Origin: Eledone cirrhosa
Taxonomy: Eukaryota
Direction of reading: 5' to 3'
Length of the DNA: 64,000 nt
NCBI GenBank assembly: GCA_964016885.1
Contig: OZ024746.1
Location: forward strand, 19,778,001 to 19,842,000
Under the pieces are notes generated by a model, which saw only the letters and a list, made by a program, of their open reading frames with translations, did no database searches and was not told the DNA's origin. Of the stretch, positions 34,201 through 45,349 are shown piece by piece (position 1 is the stretch's first letter; every line of letters starts with the position of its first letter). Both the position numbers and the translations under genes were made by a program.

Positions 34201-37200
34201 ATTTAAACTGTTTTCAATTGTTATTGATCATTGATAAGATTCTTGAGTATACAGGTGGGGCACCTATTTTTCGAAAATTATGTATGTGAAGTTGTGTGGC
34301 TTAGTGGTTAGAGAATTGGATTTACAATCATGAGGGTGCAAGTTCGATTCCCAAACCAGGCAATGCGTTATGCCCTTGATCAAGACACTTTATTTCACAT
34401 TGCTCTTTCTGCCAAGAGTTGCAACCAGTAGATAGTATCAACAATGGAAAGACCAATAGAAACATTGTTTCCTTGGTATGATCTGATGAGTTCCACCCCA
34501 CTTGGTAAGCAAATGAGGTCTGGGACTTTGTTGGTCATTTAAAAAATATATATACAAGAAAAGTTTACCCTCAATAGGCAAGTGACCAATGGCACTAGTT
34601 AGGAAATACTATAATTAAAATATAAAGAAGAATTTTTACATCATGTTAAATTTAAAATAAAACCCCTCAAAAGAGCAGCTTACTGTCAACACTCCAGTGA
34701 AGTTCATCATGATTAGCAGGATCAATCTGAAATATCTCATTATTGAGAACATCGAGAACAATACGCAGTTTATGTTTCTGACCAATTTCAGATTGAGTCA
34801 CTTCAGGAACCTGGATTTTTATCTTAGCCAGTTTTTCTGTCAAAGAGAAAATAAAAAAATAAAAAAATAAAAAAATAAAAAAATAAAAAAATAAAAAAAA
34901 AAAAAATAAAAAAAAAAAAATAAAAAAATAAAAAAATAAAAAAAAAATAAAAAAAAAATAAAAAAAAAAAAATAAAAAACATTTCATTTTTATATACAAA
35001 CAAAACTGAGGAAAACAATTGTTGATAGTTTTCAAATAAAGAATTGGCAATATATATCATAAACACATATTCTTGATATTGAAGCAACATTTACAAATAT
35101 GAGATTCACATTGTTAAAATCTGTAATTAACTAATAATGTAAGCTGGTTGTGTTGGTGACAAGACAAAAAGCACCCAGTCGACCTTGTTAGATGGTCATG
35201 TTGGTGACAAGACAAAAAGCACCCACTCCACTGTGTTAGATGGTCATGTTGGTGACAAGACAAAAAGCACCCACTCTACCCTGTTAGATGGTCATGTTGG
35301 TGACACAACAAAAAGCATAATGTCCACCCAGTTAGTTGGACGTGTTGGTGACATGACAAAACGTACCCAGTCCACCCTGTAATATGATCACTTCAGTGCC
35401 ACGATAATAAGTACCCAGTCCACACTGTAACATGGTTAGTGTTAGGAAGGGCATCCAGCCATAGAAACCAAGCCAAAATACAAATTTGTATGAGCATGCT
35501 AGGCTCCGGATCTGACTTGTTTCATAACGTGACGATGGAAAAATGGTTGTTAACCTTTTAGTTACCAACCCAGCCAACACCACCCCTGGTTCTATGAAAT
35601 AAAACCATCCATTTTAAAGTTTTCCAATTTGAATTTAAATCTTTCAACATAATTTTATATAAGAACCTTACATTAAGTTACTATCTTAGTAATGAAATAA
35701 TTAATAATTTTAGTAAATCCTCAAAATCCGTCCTAAAAAATCTGGTCTTGAAAGGGTTAAACGATGATGTAGGAATAAATACAAGTGTGTGTTTTAAGCT
35801 TTTCTACATTAAATTTTTCAGTTGAAAGGTCAGTTGGACAATTCTGAATGGATCTGTAGGTCCTAATTATAACTACTCAGTTTGGGAATAGAAATGGCTT
35901 AGGGTTTTTTTATTTTTGCTTTTTTAATTTCAATATAAGTAATGGTTCATTACTGAGGTTCTTAGCATAGAAGCACAAAAGAACATTTTTGGTTAGTAAT
36001 CCAGAACTTTAATAATAACCATAGAATCATCAACATATTAATGTCCATTATGCTATGATGATAAAAACCTGAGAGTCTATCATACAACATATTGTTAATC
36101 AATTCAATCTGTCCAACCTATGCTAGTATGGAAAAAAGGAGTGCTTTGAGAGTATATATTTAAAAGTGGACTGATTGATGTATTTCCCTGTTTTGTTAGC
36201 GAGTTAAAATAAATTCTGCTATAAAATCTATTCTCTCCTATCTAGTCTTTATCAGAATAGATAAAAGAGAATTTAGCATTGACATATGTAATGTGGTCAT
36301 GTTGGTGACACAATAAAAAGCACCCAGTCCACCTTGTAAGGTGGTCATGTTCATGTCACAACAAAAAGTACCCAGCCCACTGACAGTTGGTCATTTTGGT
36401 GCCACAACAAAAAGCACCCTGTCCACACTGTAAATGTGGTTGCCATCAGGAAGGGCATACAGCCATAGAAACCAAATCAGAAACAGTTCTGTGTGAGCAA
36501 GATAGTCATCTGATCTGACTTGTCTCAGATCGGGACAACTCATTTAACCCATGCTAGTTTGGAAAATAGATGTTAAATGATGATGATATGAAAGAATCTG
36601 CCTCACTGTCTTTAATAAGAAATGTATAAAAAAAAGGTGTGACAAAAATAGCACATGATATAACATTGCATTACTAAAACTTTTTACAATCACAAAAGAG
36701 ATTTGTTAATATACATTTCTATTTAAATAATAATACATCACCATTTAACGTCCATTTTTTCCACGCTAGCATGTGTTAAACGGGCTATCCCGTTTGAGGC
36801 AAGTTGGGACCAGTGGCCATGTCTTGCTCACACATAACTGTTTCTGGCTTGGTTTCTGTGACTGGATGCCTTTCCTAACAAACAAATAATTAAATAAAAT
36901 TCCAACAAAAACTAACCTATAAGTTTCTGAAGAATTTGGCCATCAAACAAATCTTCTTCGACATCTTTAACAATAATTCTTTGATCAGCAAGTTCATCAT
37001 TGATCCAACCAAGTAAAATCTTGAGAAGAAATAAAAACCAGTTAATAAAATGTTTATTAACCCTCTTCCTCTCTCATCTGAAAACATGTTTCATTATTTC
37101 ATAATCTTCAGTAGCTTACAATCATGTTTTCATATCTAAATCATTATTAGTTCTGAAAATTACATCATAGTTTAAAGGAATTAAAATATTCATCTTGTAA

Positions 37201-40200
37201 GCCTTTAATTTATGAGCGTGAAAGATAAGTCACAGGATGCCATATTGATATATGGTGTTTCTTGGACATTTTAAAACCTGGTTGAGCCATCTATCAGCAG
37301 ATTTCTTTCAGAGAATGATAGATAGTGAGAGAATGGAAGTGAGAAAGAGATATAGAAGAATCGACCACACTACTTGACTGGTACTTTTTTATTGACCTCA
37401 GCAGAGAGCCGAAACAAATATTGCAAAGCATGTTAACAGATGATTTTCATGAGAATTAAAATCTTGATTTCCTTATTTTCACTCAAATCATTCCATAGCA
37501 TCATGAAAATGAATGATGCTTGAGATACACTAACACATTATAAATACATAGTTATGAGTTCCAACAATCACTATGTTATGGCCTTTCAGTTTATTTAATT
37601 ATCAATGGAGGCACATGGCTTAGTGGTTAGAGCATTGGCCTTGCAATCGAAAGGTTGTGATTTCAATCCTCAGACCGGGTGATGTGTTGTTTCCTTGAGC
37701 AAGACACTTTATTTCACATTGCTCCAGTTTATCCAGCTGTAGAAATGAGATGATAGGGACTGGGGTCCCTATCATTCCACTGCAAAGTGGTCGTGGAGGT
37801 GCCACGGCAAAAAAAGCACCCAGCACTCACTGTAAATGAGGTTGGTGTTAGGAAGGGCATCCAGCTGTAGAAATCAAGCCAGAATCAGTTCCCGTCCCAC
37901 CCTTGCAAGCAGGGAAAAAGCGGACGTAAAATGAAATGATGATGATAATGATGATCAAACTTCAGATTCTTCTCCAGCTTCACAGTTACATAGACAACAG
38001 TAGGAATAGTATTCAATTGTAAAAACAAATACTCTAACAAAAATCACCCCACCCTTCCTTAATGCAAACATGGATGAATGGATGTACACAGTTATAAAAT
38101 TTTGTGGCAAAATATTCACTTACATTCATCAGTTCTTTTACTTTATAATCTTCTCGTGAACTTGGATCCACCATAGAACGCTCCTCATTTTCCTCTAAAA
38201 TATATATTTTAATTAGAGGTAGAAATCAATACTTCATTGTATTGCCAATAGATATATTTGACATTGATGATGAATAGAAATAAAATGAAATCTAAGTTAT
38301 CAATACTGAAACTAATTGGAAATAGATGAGTAGTTTTGTGATTCAGAGTCAAAGATTGAATCCTCTCACACACACAAGAATAAATTGATGGAGATATGAC
38401 AGAAGAAAAAAATGTTCCTTTCCTTTTACTTGTCAGTAGAAACTATGATTAAATAATCAATCTTGTAACTATTCAATCAATCAATAGATTGGATTCCTTA
38501 CACGGATTCCATTGACTCTCTGTCACCATCCAATTCTATTGTTCACTATATTCGGCAGACCAATCTGCAGCAACCTGACAAACCCTCAATGAGATCAGTG
38601 GAAAAGAAAAATCCAACCCAGTCAAAACTCAAAGCAAACAAGTGAAAAAGAAAGGCTACAAATGTGGAAAACTTATTTCCAAAATCTCTTCGACAAACCT
38701 CCAGACATAGTTCATACACCTTACACCAAATATCAGAAAAACTGAATATCAGGTGTGGAACTTTTACTGTTCTAAAAACATTGTAACTCATAAAATGGAT
38801 TAACTAAGCAGAGAAAGAAATGGAAAGAGAGTTTGAATAGTAAAAAAAACTGAAAAATGGAAAAGGTGGAGAGTAGTTTTGATCAGAAATAAGTTTGAAG
38901 TTTTGGAAAAAAAAATGTACATGTAGAAACAAATTGTCTTAATAATGTTCTAATTACTATAATAATTATTAGGTAAGGCAGATTTACGAGGGTCAGCTGA
39001 AAAGTTCATAGGCTGACCAAGATACTCTCATGGAATAGAGTTTAAATTTTTAACATAGTCACTGGAAAGAAACAATGCAGTTATTAATAATAGTTGAAAT
39101 TAATGCATGTACGATTTCATACTTCTAACATCACTCCTTTATAGTCAGCCGACCCTCGTATATTACAATTATCAACATTGATAAGTTGTGAAGCAGCAAC
39201 ATATTTAGAAAAGAAAAAAAAATGATTAGATGATTAATCTTACCTAATTTATAACCTTCTGGGTCAATAGTCAGAGCTGATAAATTGGACCTGCACTCGA
39301 TAGCATCTTTACCTTCTTGGACAAGTTCATTTACTATATAATGAAAAGAAAACACCAATGAAATATTACATAAAGTAAACACATTCTTATATTGGGTCAC
39401 CAATTATTAATACAATGAAAGTATATAAATCATGGATATAATCTTTCTGTGTACATTTACATATATTCATTGATCTGGAGAACTTAGTGTAGATGAAGGG
39501 CTTGAGTGAGCAGTGTTAGCCATATAAAGAGATGTTGTTAGACCTTTGACAGAGTACCATGATTTAATGAATGGTGGTCCTTAAAAAATAAACTTGGTGT
39601 AAATGAAGGGCTTGTGACAACAGTGCTAGCCACATAAAGAGGTGATGTTAGCAAAGTGAGAGTAGGCCAAGAGTTCAGTGAAGAATTCAGTGTACAGATG
39701 ATAGATTTTAATCAAGGTTCAGTTCTCAGCCCACACCATGCACTGAAATGACAAGGGCTTCCAGAGGTCAACCGATGAGAAGGGACTGTCCTGTGTTTCA
39801 TCTGTTTCTTTTTGTTGTCTTTGCCCACCTTTTTTTCATTAGTTTTATAAGATCTTAGCTGCACGAGACGTTCTTTGAAATTGATATATTTATTATAGTT
39901 CTCCAGGCCATAACAGAGGAATTTAAGGTTGGTTGTGTATGGAAACTCCTATATATTAATGACTTAGTAATCAGAGTATACAGAGGAGCTCATATGTATG
40001 TCACCACATGGTCCCAGTGGAGGAGGATGGCCACTGAGAGACATTGGGATAGCCATTCCAACTCATGAGCGTCCAACTCCATCACTGATTATAGTGAATA
40101 GGGATGTCTCTCAGTGGCCATCCTCCTCCACTGGGACCATGTGGTGACATACATAGATAGTTACATCAGTTAAATTGATCCAGTTGCAAGTTATGTTTTT

Positions 40201-41861
40201 ATTTCATCATCATCATCATCATCTTCACCTTTTAACATCCATTTTTCCACACTAGCATGGGTTAGACATATTGTTCTGTTGTGAGACAAGTCAGGTCAGA
40301 TGACTATGTCTTACTCATACAGAACTATTTCTGGCTAGGTTTCTATGGCTGGATGTCCTTTCTAACACCAACCACATTTACAGCAAGGACTGGGTGCTTT
40401 TTATCGTGGCACCAAAATGACCAACTGACAGGTTGGACTTGGTACTTCTTCATCATGTCACCAATATAGAGTGGAGTAGGTGCTTTTTATCATGTCACCA
40501 AAACAACCAACTGACAAGTTGGACCTGGTACTTCTTGTCGTGACACCAACATAACCAGTTTACAGAGTGGACTGGGTGTTTTTTGTCATGTCACCAAAAC
40601 GACCAACTGGCAAGTTGGACAAGGTAGTTTTTCATCAGAGTGGACTAGGGGCTTTTGCCATGCCCCCAGCTTGAACACATAGTGGACTGGGTGCTTTTTG
40701 TCATACCACCAGCACAAGCACCTTACATGGTGGACTAGGAGCTTTTGTTGTCACCAGCATGACCACCTTACAGGGTGGACTAGGAGCTTTCTGTTATGTC
40801 ACCAACACGACCACTTTACGGAGCTTTTGTTGTGTCACCAACATGACCACCTTAAAAACAATATTTAAAATGTTCTCCTTGTCAGTGAGTGTGTGTCATA
40901 TACATATACACCAATGAAACATATACATATACACCAGGTCCGAACACAAAAGAACCAAACTCACTCTGTCACTGCCTCCGACTCTTCCTCTCTCTTTATC
41001 TCTCATTATTATGAGCAAATACGGTCCCACGAGAATTGGGAAGACATTTCCCCGGGGGATGGTGAGGGAGTGGCGCTGGAAGAGTTATTCCAGCTATTTA
41101 TTCAGATTTAGAATAACATCAACATTACAAGAGTTAGCAACAAGGTCTAGAGGTTAAAGTGGCGGAAGAATATACCATATGTTACCATCCCAGTTGGCAA
41201 CTATGATTTATAATTATAGAGAAGCTAAAACGTTATAAACATAGTAATAAGCAGAAGCAGACAGTCGTAAGTTTGAGAATGTCAACCATCACAAAACTTG
41301 TTTTTCTTAATAGAGAATTTTATAGAAAATAAAAAAAAAATAATTTGTAATTTGTTGAGTTTTTTTCACTTGTTCATATTTCAACTTTTCAATTAACAAA
41401 TATCAGCTGTTTACAATCGTATTTTAGTGCTGTAATTACATGAAAAATATCAGCCAATTCTTTCGGAATTTGGTTTACAAATCCCTATAAATGACTTCAA
41501 ACTAAACACGAGACCATTATTTTTTATATATAGATATAATTTGATCAAACTGATTCCAGTATATTAATTACCAGTACAGACGTTATCGATTGAAAAACAA
41601 AGAGTGAAACTAATAGAGATTTAATAGGGCATATTTCTATTTCTGTTGGTTAAATCTTGGTTTGGTATATATCAGTTTTATTTCCGCTAAACACGATGCT
41701 CCATATCTAAAGAGGAGAAATAGGAAGGTTTTTAAAAATTCCTACATTTCGTAGATGTATGGTACGTTCAGTCGATTATGAAAACAAAACCGGATCCACG
41801 GAATGTTTAATCCTTTTACCCTCCGTTACTTCTAAAGTAGCTGTTGTTTATTGAATATGTA

Positions 41862-41903
<42 letters not shown>

Positions 41904-42071
41904 TATATATATACCTGAACTAACTGAATATGGCCTCCGATCTTTTATTCATGTATATATATATAAGGAAAATCGCGAGTACCATGTGAAATATACACAC
42001 TTCAAATGTATCATTTAACGAAATGTACATACGTTTTCAAGATGGTAACCCCCTCAAACGTTTTGTGCGTG

Positions 42072-42104
<33 letters not shown>

Positions 42105-43339
42105 TATATATATTCTTTTCGTTTAAATGTAATCTAAGTGTAAGATTAAACACGGCACGTTGACTGTATTGTTCCACAGATGATATGGGTCCTTCTGAGT
42201 TGAGTTGAGATATATATATATATAACGAAGGAGTTGTGGTAAGGAACCAGATGGACCATAACGCACCAGAGTACTCAATACTTAGGGTAGTAGAGTGGGT
42301 AATAGGAGAAAGCATGACCCCGACGGACGGCAGAGCTCAAGCCGTTTCGACGGCTATTTCAGTCCAGAAATAGCCGTCGAAACGGCTTAAGCTCTGCCGT
42401 CGGGGTCATACTTTCTCCTTTATTTATATATATATAGAGAGAGAGAGGGAGAGAGAGAGAGAGAGAGAGATCCCTTATCTGTCATCTTAATTTGTTCTAT
42501 ATGCTGTGTTAAATATGCCACTCTTAAATGACACTTCTCTATATTTCTATCTATATATAAACACACTCAGCTTAAATATGATTTGCTGCCAATCTCTCAT
42601 CAATTAAATTAGAGTTCAAGTTGTCGACCACATCGCAGTGGGCCCTGCAAACTGATCAACGATCTGTGTTCGATCAGGCGAACGATAACTCGAGACAGCA
42701 ACAGCCTCATCCGCAAGAAGATGATCAACTTTTTGTGTATGTGTTTATATATATGTGTGTGTGTGTGTGTAGAATACCGATGTATATAGGGAGGTGACCA
42801 CAGTTAAAAAAGGTACTCAATATGTTAGTAGAATATAGGCATATTCATTTTATTATAGAAATGACTTCTACAGGACTACAACGGTTTCATTCGTAAGAAA
42901 CACCAGGAAAGTATATATATATATAATATATAAAATACATATATACGTACAGAAATTAACAAGAAAACAGAATCAAAATATATATGGTTATTTTTTAATT
43001 CAGGATAAGAGATAAAAAGGAAAGACGATTGGCGATCTGCACGCCCATAATTGGAATGCAGACGAACATGGTAACATTCCAAAGCCCGTACGCCAACTGT
43101 TGTAAAGGTTTTGTACCTTTAGAGAGAAACAGGCTTCGGCAGAAGAATAGATGTATCAACAAGTAAAACTGTTCATTTAGTAATGTATATATTACGTAGA
43201 TATAAAGCTTATATAATTATTATTATTTAAAAAAAAAACATATACCTTCCTTGGTTTTCTTTTTAGATGTTAAAGTTCCTATTTTATTCAGGAAAGAGTC
43301 TTCTTTCTTTTTGGTTGGAGTAGGGTTTGTCTGAGACAT
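25138..43339 (-). CDS. PARVB: Parvin (alpha/beta-parvin-like, tandem calponin-homology focal adhesion adaptor); spliced gene, 11 coding exons found, 3' end not found in the window
   Basis: Exons 43339-43246, 39333-39244, 38194-38124, 37019-36917, 34836-34684, 33310-33195, 31338-31280, 27605-27580, 26307-26246, 25984-25916 and 25239-25138 all have GT-AG ends and consistent phases. They sum to 945 nt (315 aa). The translation has parvin hallmarks: KKEDSFLNKIGTL, EENEERSMVDP, WINDEL..RIIVKDVEEDLFDGQILQKL, EVTQSEIGQK, WSVDSIHSKNL, RDAFDTLLDHAPEKLNLVKK, FHDGFYLILLMGLLEGYFV. Confidence 0.96.
25484..25800 (+). mobile_element. tRNA-derived SINE sharing the head and core (TGTGTCCTTGAG..ACTTTATTT..TTGCTCCAGT) but with a different tail; relatives at ~4975-5220 (-), ~34290-34405 (+), ~63765-63980 (-)
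   Basis: A box TGGCTTAGTGG, B box GAGTTCAATTC. Confidence 0.75.
25916..25984 (-). CDS. PARVB: Parvin coding exon 10, CH2 (TLIAFVNKHLIKVNLEVTDLDKQ)
   Basis: TTTCAG acceptor, GTAAAA donor, 69 nt, phase 0-0. Confidence 0.97.
26246..26307 (-). CDS. PARVB: Parvin coding exon 9 (VRDAFDTLLDHAPEKLNLVKK)
   Basis: TAG acceptor, GTAATT donor, 62 nt, phase 1-0; highly conserved parvin motif. Confidence 0.97.
27580..27605 (-). CDS. PARVB: Parvin coding exon 8, 26 nt (DMGARIGH)
   Basis: Strong pyrimidine tract plus CAG acceptor, GTAAGT donor, phase 2-1; needed to join exon 7 to exon 9 in frame. Confidence 0.87.
28835..29127. repeat. (GA)n-derived 15-bp minisatellite TGGTGAGAGAGAGAT
   Basis: Direct reading; source of the SHQSL-repeat ORF. 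Confidence 0.85.
30064..30081 (-). CDS. PARVB: Candidate 18-nt frame-preserving microexon of parvin (adds DEQLDDG in the linker)
   Basis: TTTCAG|tgaacaactagatgatgg|GTAAGA; phase 2-2, no stop codon, lies between exons 7 and 8. Confidence 0.45.
31280..31338 (-). CDS. PARVB: Parvin coding exon 7, CH1-CH2 linker (KCGKALNTRKVKVEITSSH)
   Basis: TTTTAG acceptor, GTAAGT donor, 59 nt, phase 0-2; positional equivalent of KREGLLHSSHISEELT. Confidence 0.85.
32465..32830 (+). mobile_element. Young RTE LINE 3' end
   Basis: Near identical to 10150-10510 (reverse) and 57950-58315. Confidence 0.85.
32966..33157 (-). mobile_element. SINE of the same second family with a 12-bp TSD
   Basis: TSD GACTTGTAAAAA at 32954-32965 and 33158-33169; B box GAGTTCAAATCCC on the minus strand. 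Confidence 0.85.
33195..33310 (-). CDS. PARVB: Parvin coding exon 6 (SIHSKNLAAILHLLVALARFFHAPIRLPDNVGVTVLVVQ)
   Basis: AAG acceptor, GTAAGT donor, 116 nt, phase 1-0. Confidence 0.96.
33776..34112. mobile_element. Long diverged inverted repeat (~150-bp arms, ~30-nt spacer), probably a Penelope-like inverted end or a fold-back MITE
   Basis: 33776-33929 is complementary to 33961-34112; contains a degenerate TGAAAAGA..CCGAAAT core. Confidence 0.6.
34684..34836 (-). CDS. PARVB: Parvin coding exon 5, CH1 (EKLAKIKIQVPEVTQSEIGQKHKL...LHWSVD)
   Basis: CAG acceptor, GTAAG donor, 153 nt, phase 1-1. Confidence 0.96.
34847..34979. repeat. (A7T)n tract, i.e. a ~130-nt U-rich tract directly upstream of the parvin exon 5 acceptor
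   Basis: Direct reading. Confidence 0.9.
35148..35430 (+). repeat. Minisatellite of ~48-bp units (GTTGGTGACAAGACAAAAAGCACCCA...) derived from the RTE 3' UTR; longer inverted array at ~40380-40852
   Basis: About 5 tandem units followed by the GGAAGGGCATCCAGCC RTE tail. Confidence 0.8.
35554..35756. mobile_element. piggyBac-like MITE with TTAA flanks and imperfect TIRs
   Basis: TTAA-CCTTTTAGTTACCA ... TGGTCTTGAAAGGG-TTAA; a similar right end occurs at ~59610-59627. Confidence 0.55.
36917..37019 (-). CDS. PARVB: Parvin coding exon 4, start of CH1 (ILLGWINDELADQRIIVKDVEEDLFDGQILQKLI)
   Basis: AAG acceptor, GTTAGT donor, 103 nt, phase 0-1. Confidence 0.96.
37607..37955 (+). mobile_element. tRNA-derived SINE with an RTE-derived 3' end and (ATG)n tail
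   Basis: A box TGGCTTAGTGG, B-box-like GATTTCAATCC, tail GGAAGGGCATCCAGCTGTAGAAA...(ATG)n; near identical to 11607-11955. Confidence 0.88.
38124..38194 (-). CDS. PARVB: Parvin coding exon 3 (EENEERSMVDPSSREDYKVKELMN)
   Basis: TTTTAG acceptor, GTAAGT donor, 71 nt, phase 1-0; EENEER motif. Confidence 0.95.
38987..39158. mobile_element. Mariner-type MITE with TA target duplication
   Basis: TA-CGAGGGTCAGCTGA ... TCAGCCGACCCTCG-TA; a second copy lies at 51515-51694. Confidence 0.8.
39244..39333 (-). CDS. PARVB: Parvin coding exon 2 (VNELVQEGKDAIECRSNLSALTIDPEGYKL)
   Basis: TAG acceptor, GTAAG donor, 90 nt, phase 1-1; equivalent to parvin VSDLQEEGKNAI. Confidence 0.92.
39993..40155. mobile_element. 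Young MITE-like palindrome with perfect ~52-bp terminal inverted repeats
   Basis: TATGTATGTCACCACATGGTCCCAGTGGAGGAGGATGGCCACTGAGAGACAT and its exact reverse complement flank a ~60-nt spacer. Confidence 0.75.
42224..42419 (-). mobile_element. Second copy of the Penelope-like fold-back element
   Basis: Same ~80-nt tail starting AACGAAGGA at a TA junction; inverted arms 42304-42360 and 42367-42419. Confidence 0.65.
43045..43080. promoter_or_regulatory. Perfect CArG box (CCATAATTGG) overlapping a TEAD/MCAT site (GGAATG), with a second CATTCC 20 bp away, in parvin intron 1
   Basis: CC(A/T)6GG at 43045-43054, GGAATG at 43053-43058, CATTCC at 43075-43080. Confidence 0.5.
43246..43339 (-). CDS. PARVB: Parvin coding exon 1 (MSQTNPTPTKKKEDSFLNKIGTLTSKKKTKE)
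   Basis: ATG at 43339, donor GTATAT, 94 nt ending in phase 1; resembles the parvin N-terminal KKDESFLGKLGGTL motif. Confidence 0.9.
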
Positions 43340-43827
43340 CTTGTCGGTCAGGCTAGCTCTCCAAAGTGAGGCGCTTTTGGTTCACGGTGGTGCGTGGGAG
43401 CACCAAGCACTCACACTTAGTATGTAGGAAGGTAGGTGGAAGAGGATGTTAGTTGCAAACTTATAAATTTGTTCGGTATCGTTCTAAAAAAAAAATGATG
43501 TCAGTGTGTGTGTGCTGTTCTTAGCACACAGCGGTTTATGCTGTGCCAAATAGAATAAAGCTATTGCTATTTATATTAGTGGAATATAAGTAAACAAGCA
43601 GCGAGCGAGTGGTCAAAATGGAATGTTAGAAGCGTGTCCTGTTCAACATAACCTATTTGTCTTTGACTTTAACGTTGTAAAAAAAATTTTATAAGTATGA
43701 TAAATTTAAATAGGTATTAACTATCGCACTTAACTCAGTAGTACTATTATTAATTATATTTTTTTCACATAAATGAGATACTCTGAAGCACCTATCTATC
43801 TATTATATATATATATATATCTGACTT

Positions 43828-43866
<39 letters not shown>

Positions 43867-43877
43867 TGAAAGTATAG

Positions 43878-43933
<56 letters not shown>

Positions 43934-44234
43934 AAGTCCGATTTGTAGGTTGTTATGAAATTTTATTTATATGAAGTTTCGATATCGATCAGCTCGGGTT
44001 TGATCAAGCGATCGGATCCCGACTTTTAATTGACACCTCTTCAGATATGCGAGTTTACATGGGTGGTCCCATCCAAACCTATATATATAGCAAATCCCTG
44101 ATGATTTCCTTCGAATGAAACAGTTCTAGTCCTATAGAAGCCATTTCTATATAAAATTTTCTGTATATACTCTACTAATATATTGAGTACCTTACTGTGG
44201 CTACCCCTGATTGAACCCGGGACTCACACGCACG

Positions 44235-44270
<36 letters not shown>

Positions 44271-44509
44271 ACTTGTCACATGTCAGCCAGAGAATACCTT
44301 CTCTATTTAAGGCTTTTAATATCTCAGGCCGAATTCCATCCTCTCTAGAGGTTGTAGTGAGGTGCACAAGAATGGAGAGTAGCTACTGAGGTGTGATAGT
44401 GAGGATATTTCAGGACGTTGGGGGGGGGGGGTATGTAGTGAGGTTCAATATAGCTACTAGGAGGTGCTAGTAGAGGCGGGGAGGTCTTATTTTATGCTGC
44501 TAGAGTCCT

Positions 44510-45075
44510 TTGTCATCTCTGGTGTGAAGTTCAGCTTTTTAAGGTTGGTCTTTACTACCTCACCCCAAATCTTCCTGTGTTTGCCTCTTTCACGGATCCT
44601 TGCCACTGAGATTTCTCTGTATTTCATTATGCAGCTGCCATCTTCCATATGCATTACATGTCCAAACCAATGCAGTCTTCCCTTTTACATACCACATCCA
44701 ATTCCTCTTATACCAAGTTTTTCTCTAAACTTACTTATGCTGTCATTTATGCACACTAACATTACACATCTATTAGAGTACACTTTATTTCTTCCTAATA
44801 TTCACAGATCTTTAAAGGTAGCATTGTAGTTTACATGTAAGTATCATACACTTTGAGAGAGAAGACCTTTGTTGTCAGCATAGGTACTAGTTCCCTAAAC
44901 TTCCATCCTGTTCTTACCCTGTCAATCACACTTTCAGAACATCCTCTCTCACTTCCCTCTTTTCGACTTATAAAGACTTTCATCTTTGCTAAGTTCACAT
45001 TTAGGCCTTTCAATTCTAGGTGTTTCTTCCAAGCTTAGAATTTTGTCTCTTACTCTTCCATGGATTCAGTTATAA
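44510..45075 (-). mobile_element. Degenerate RTE LINE fragment
   Basis: Encodes KGLNVNLAKMKV, RVRTGWKFRELVPML. Confidence 0.7.
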
Positions 45076-45349
45076 TGATTTAGAGGGACTGAGAGTTACC
45101 AAATATGAGGCTTTGGGCAACTGCTTTCTTTGAGCTAGACACTATTGAGACCTCAGCAAAATTAGAATTAGTTCATCTTATCTGAGGAAGGATCTCTTGA
45201 GGTGGAATGGCTGATGCAGCAGATGTTGCTGGCTATTCTTTGTAGGGTGCAGCTAAAATATACAGCCCAGCCAAAAGGAGTAAAGTTGGCGCCCACCCTT
45301 TCCCGCTTCCTTTTTTAAATTTAATTTTTCTTTCTCTTTCACCCCTTTC

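Noticed and set aside
35148-35430. CRISPR-like regularly spaced repeats (also 40380-40852)
   Set aside because: Units are contiguous, with no unique spacers or cas genes, in eukaryotic DNA; they derive from the RTE 3' UTR.
37607-37680. tRNA-like sequences (also 11885-11955, 25484-25555, 34290-34360)
   Set aside because: A and B boxes are present but there is no complete cloverleaf, and they continue into SINE bodies.
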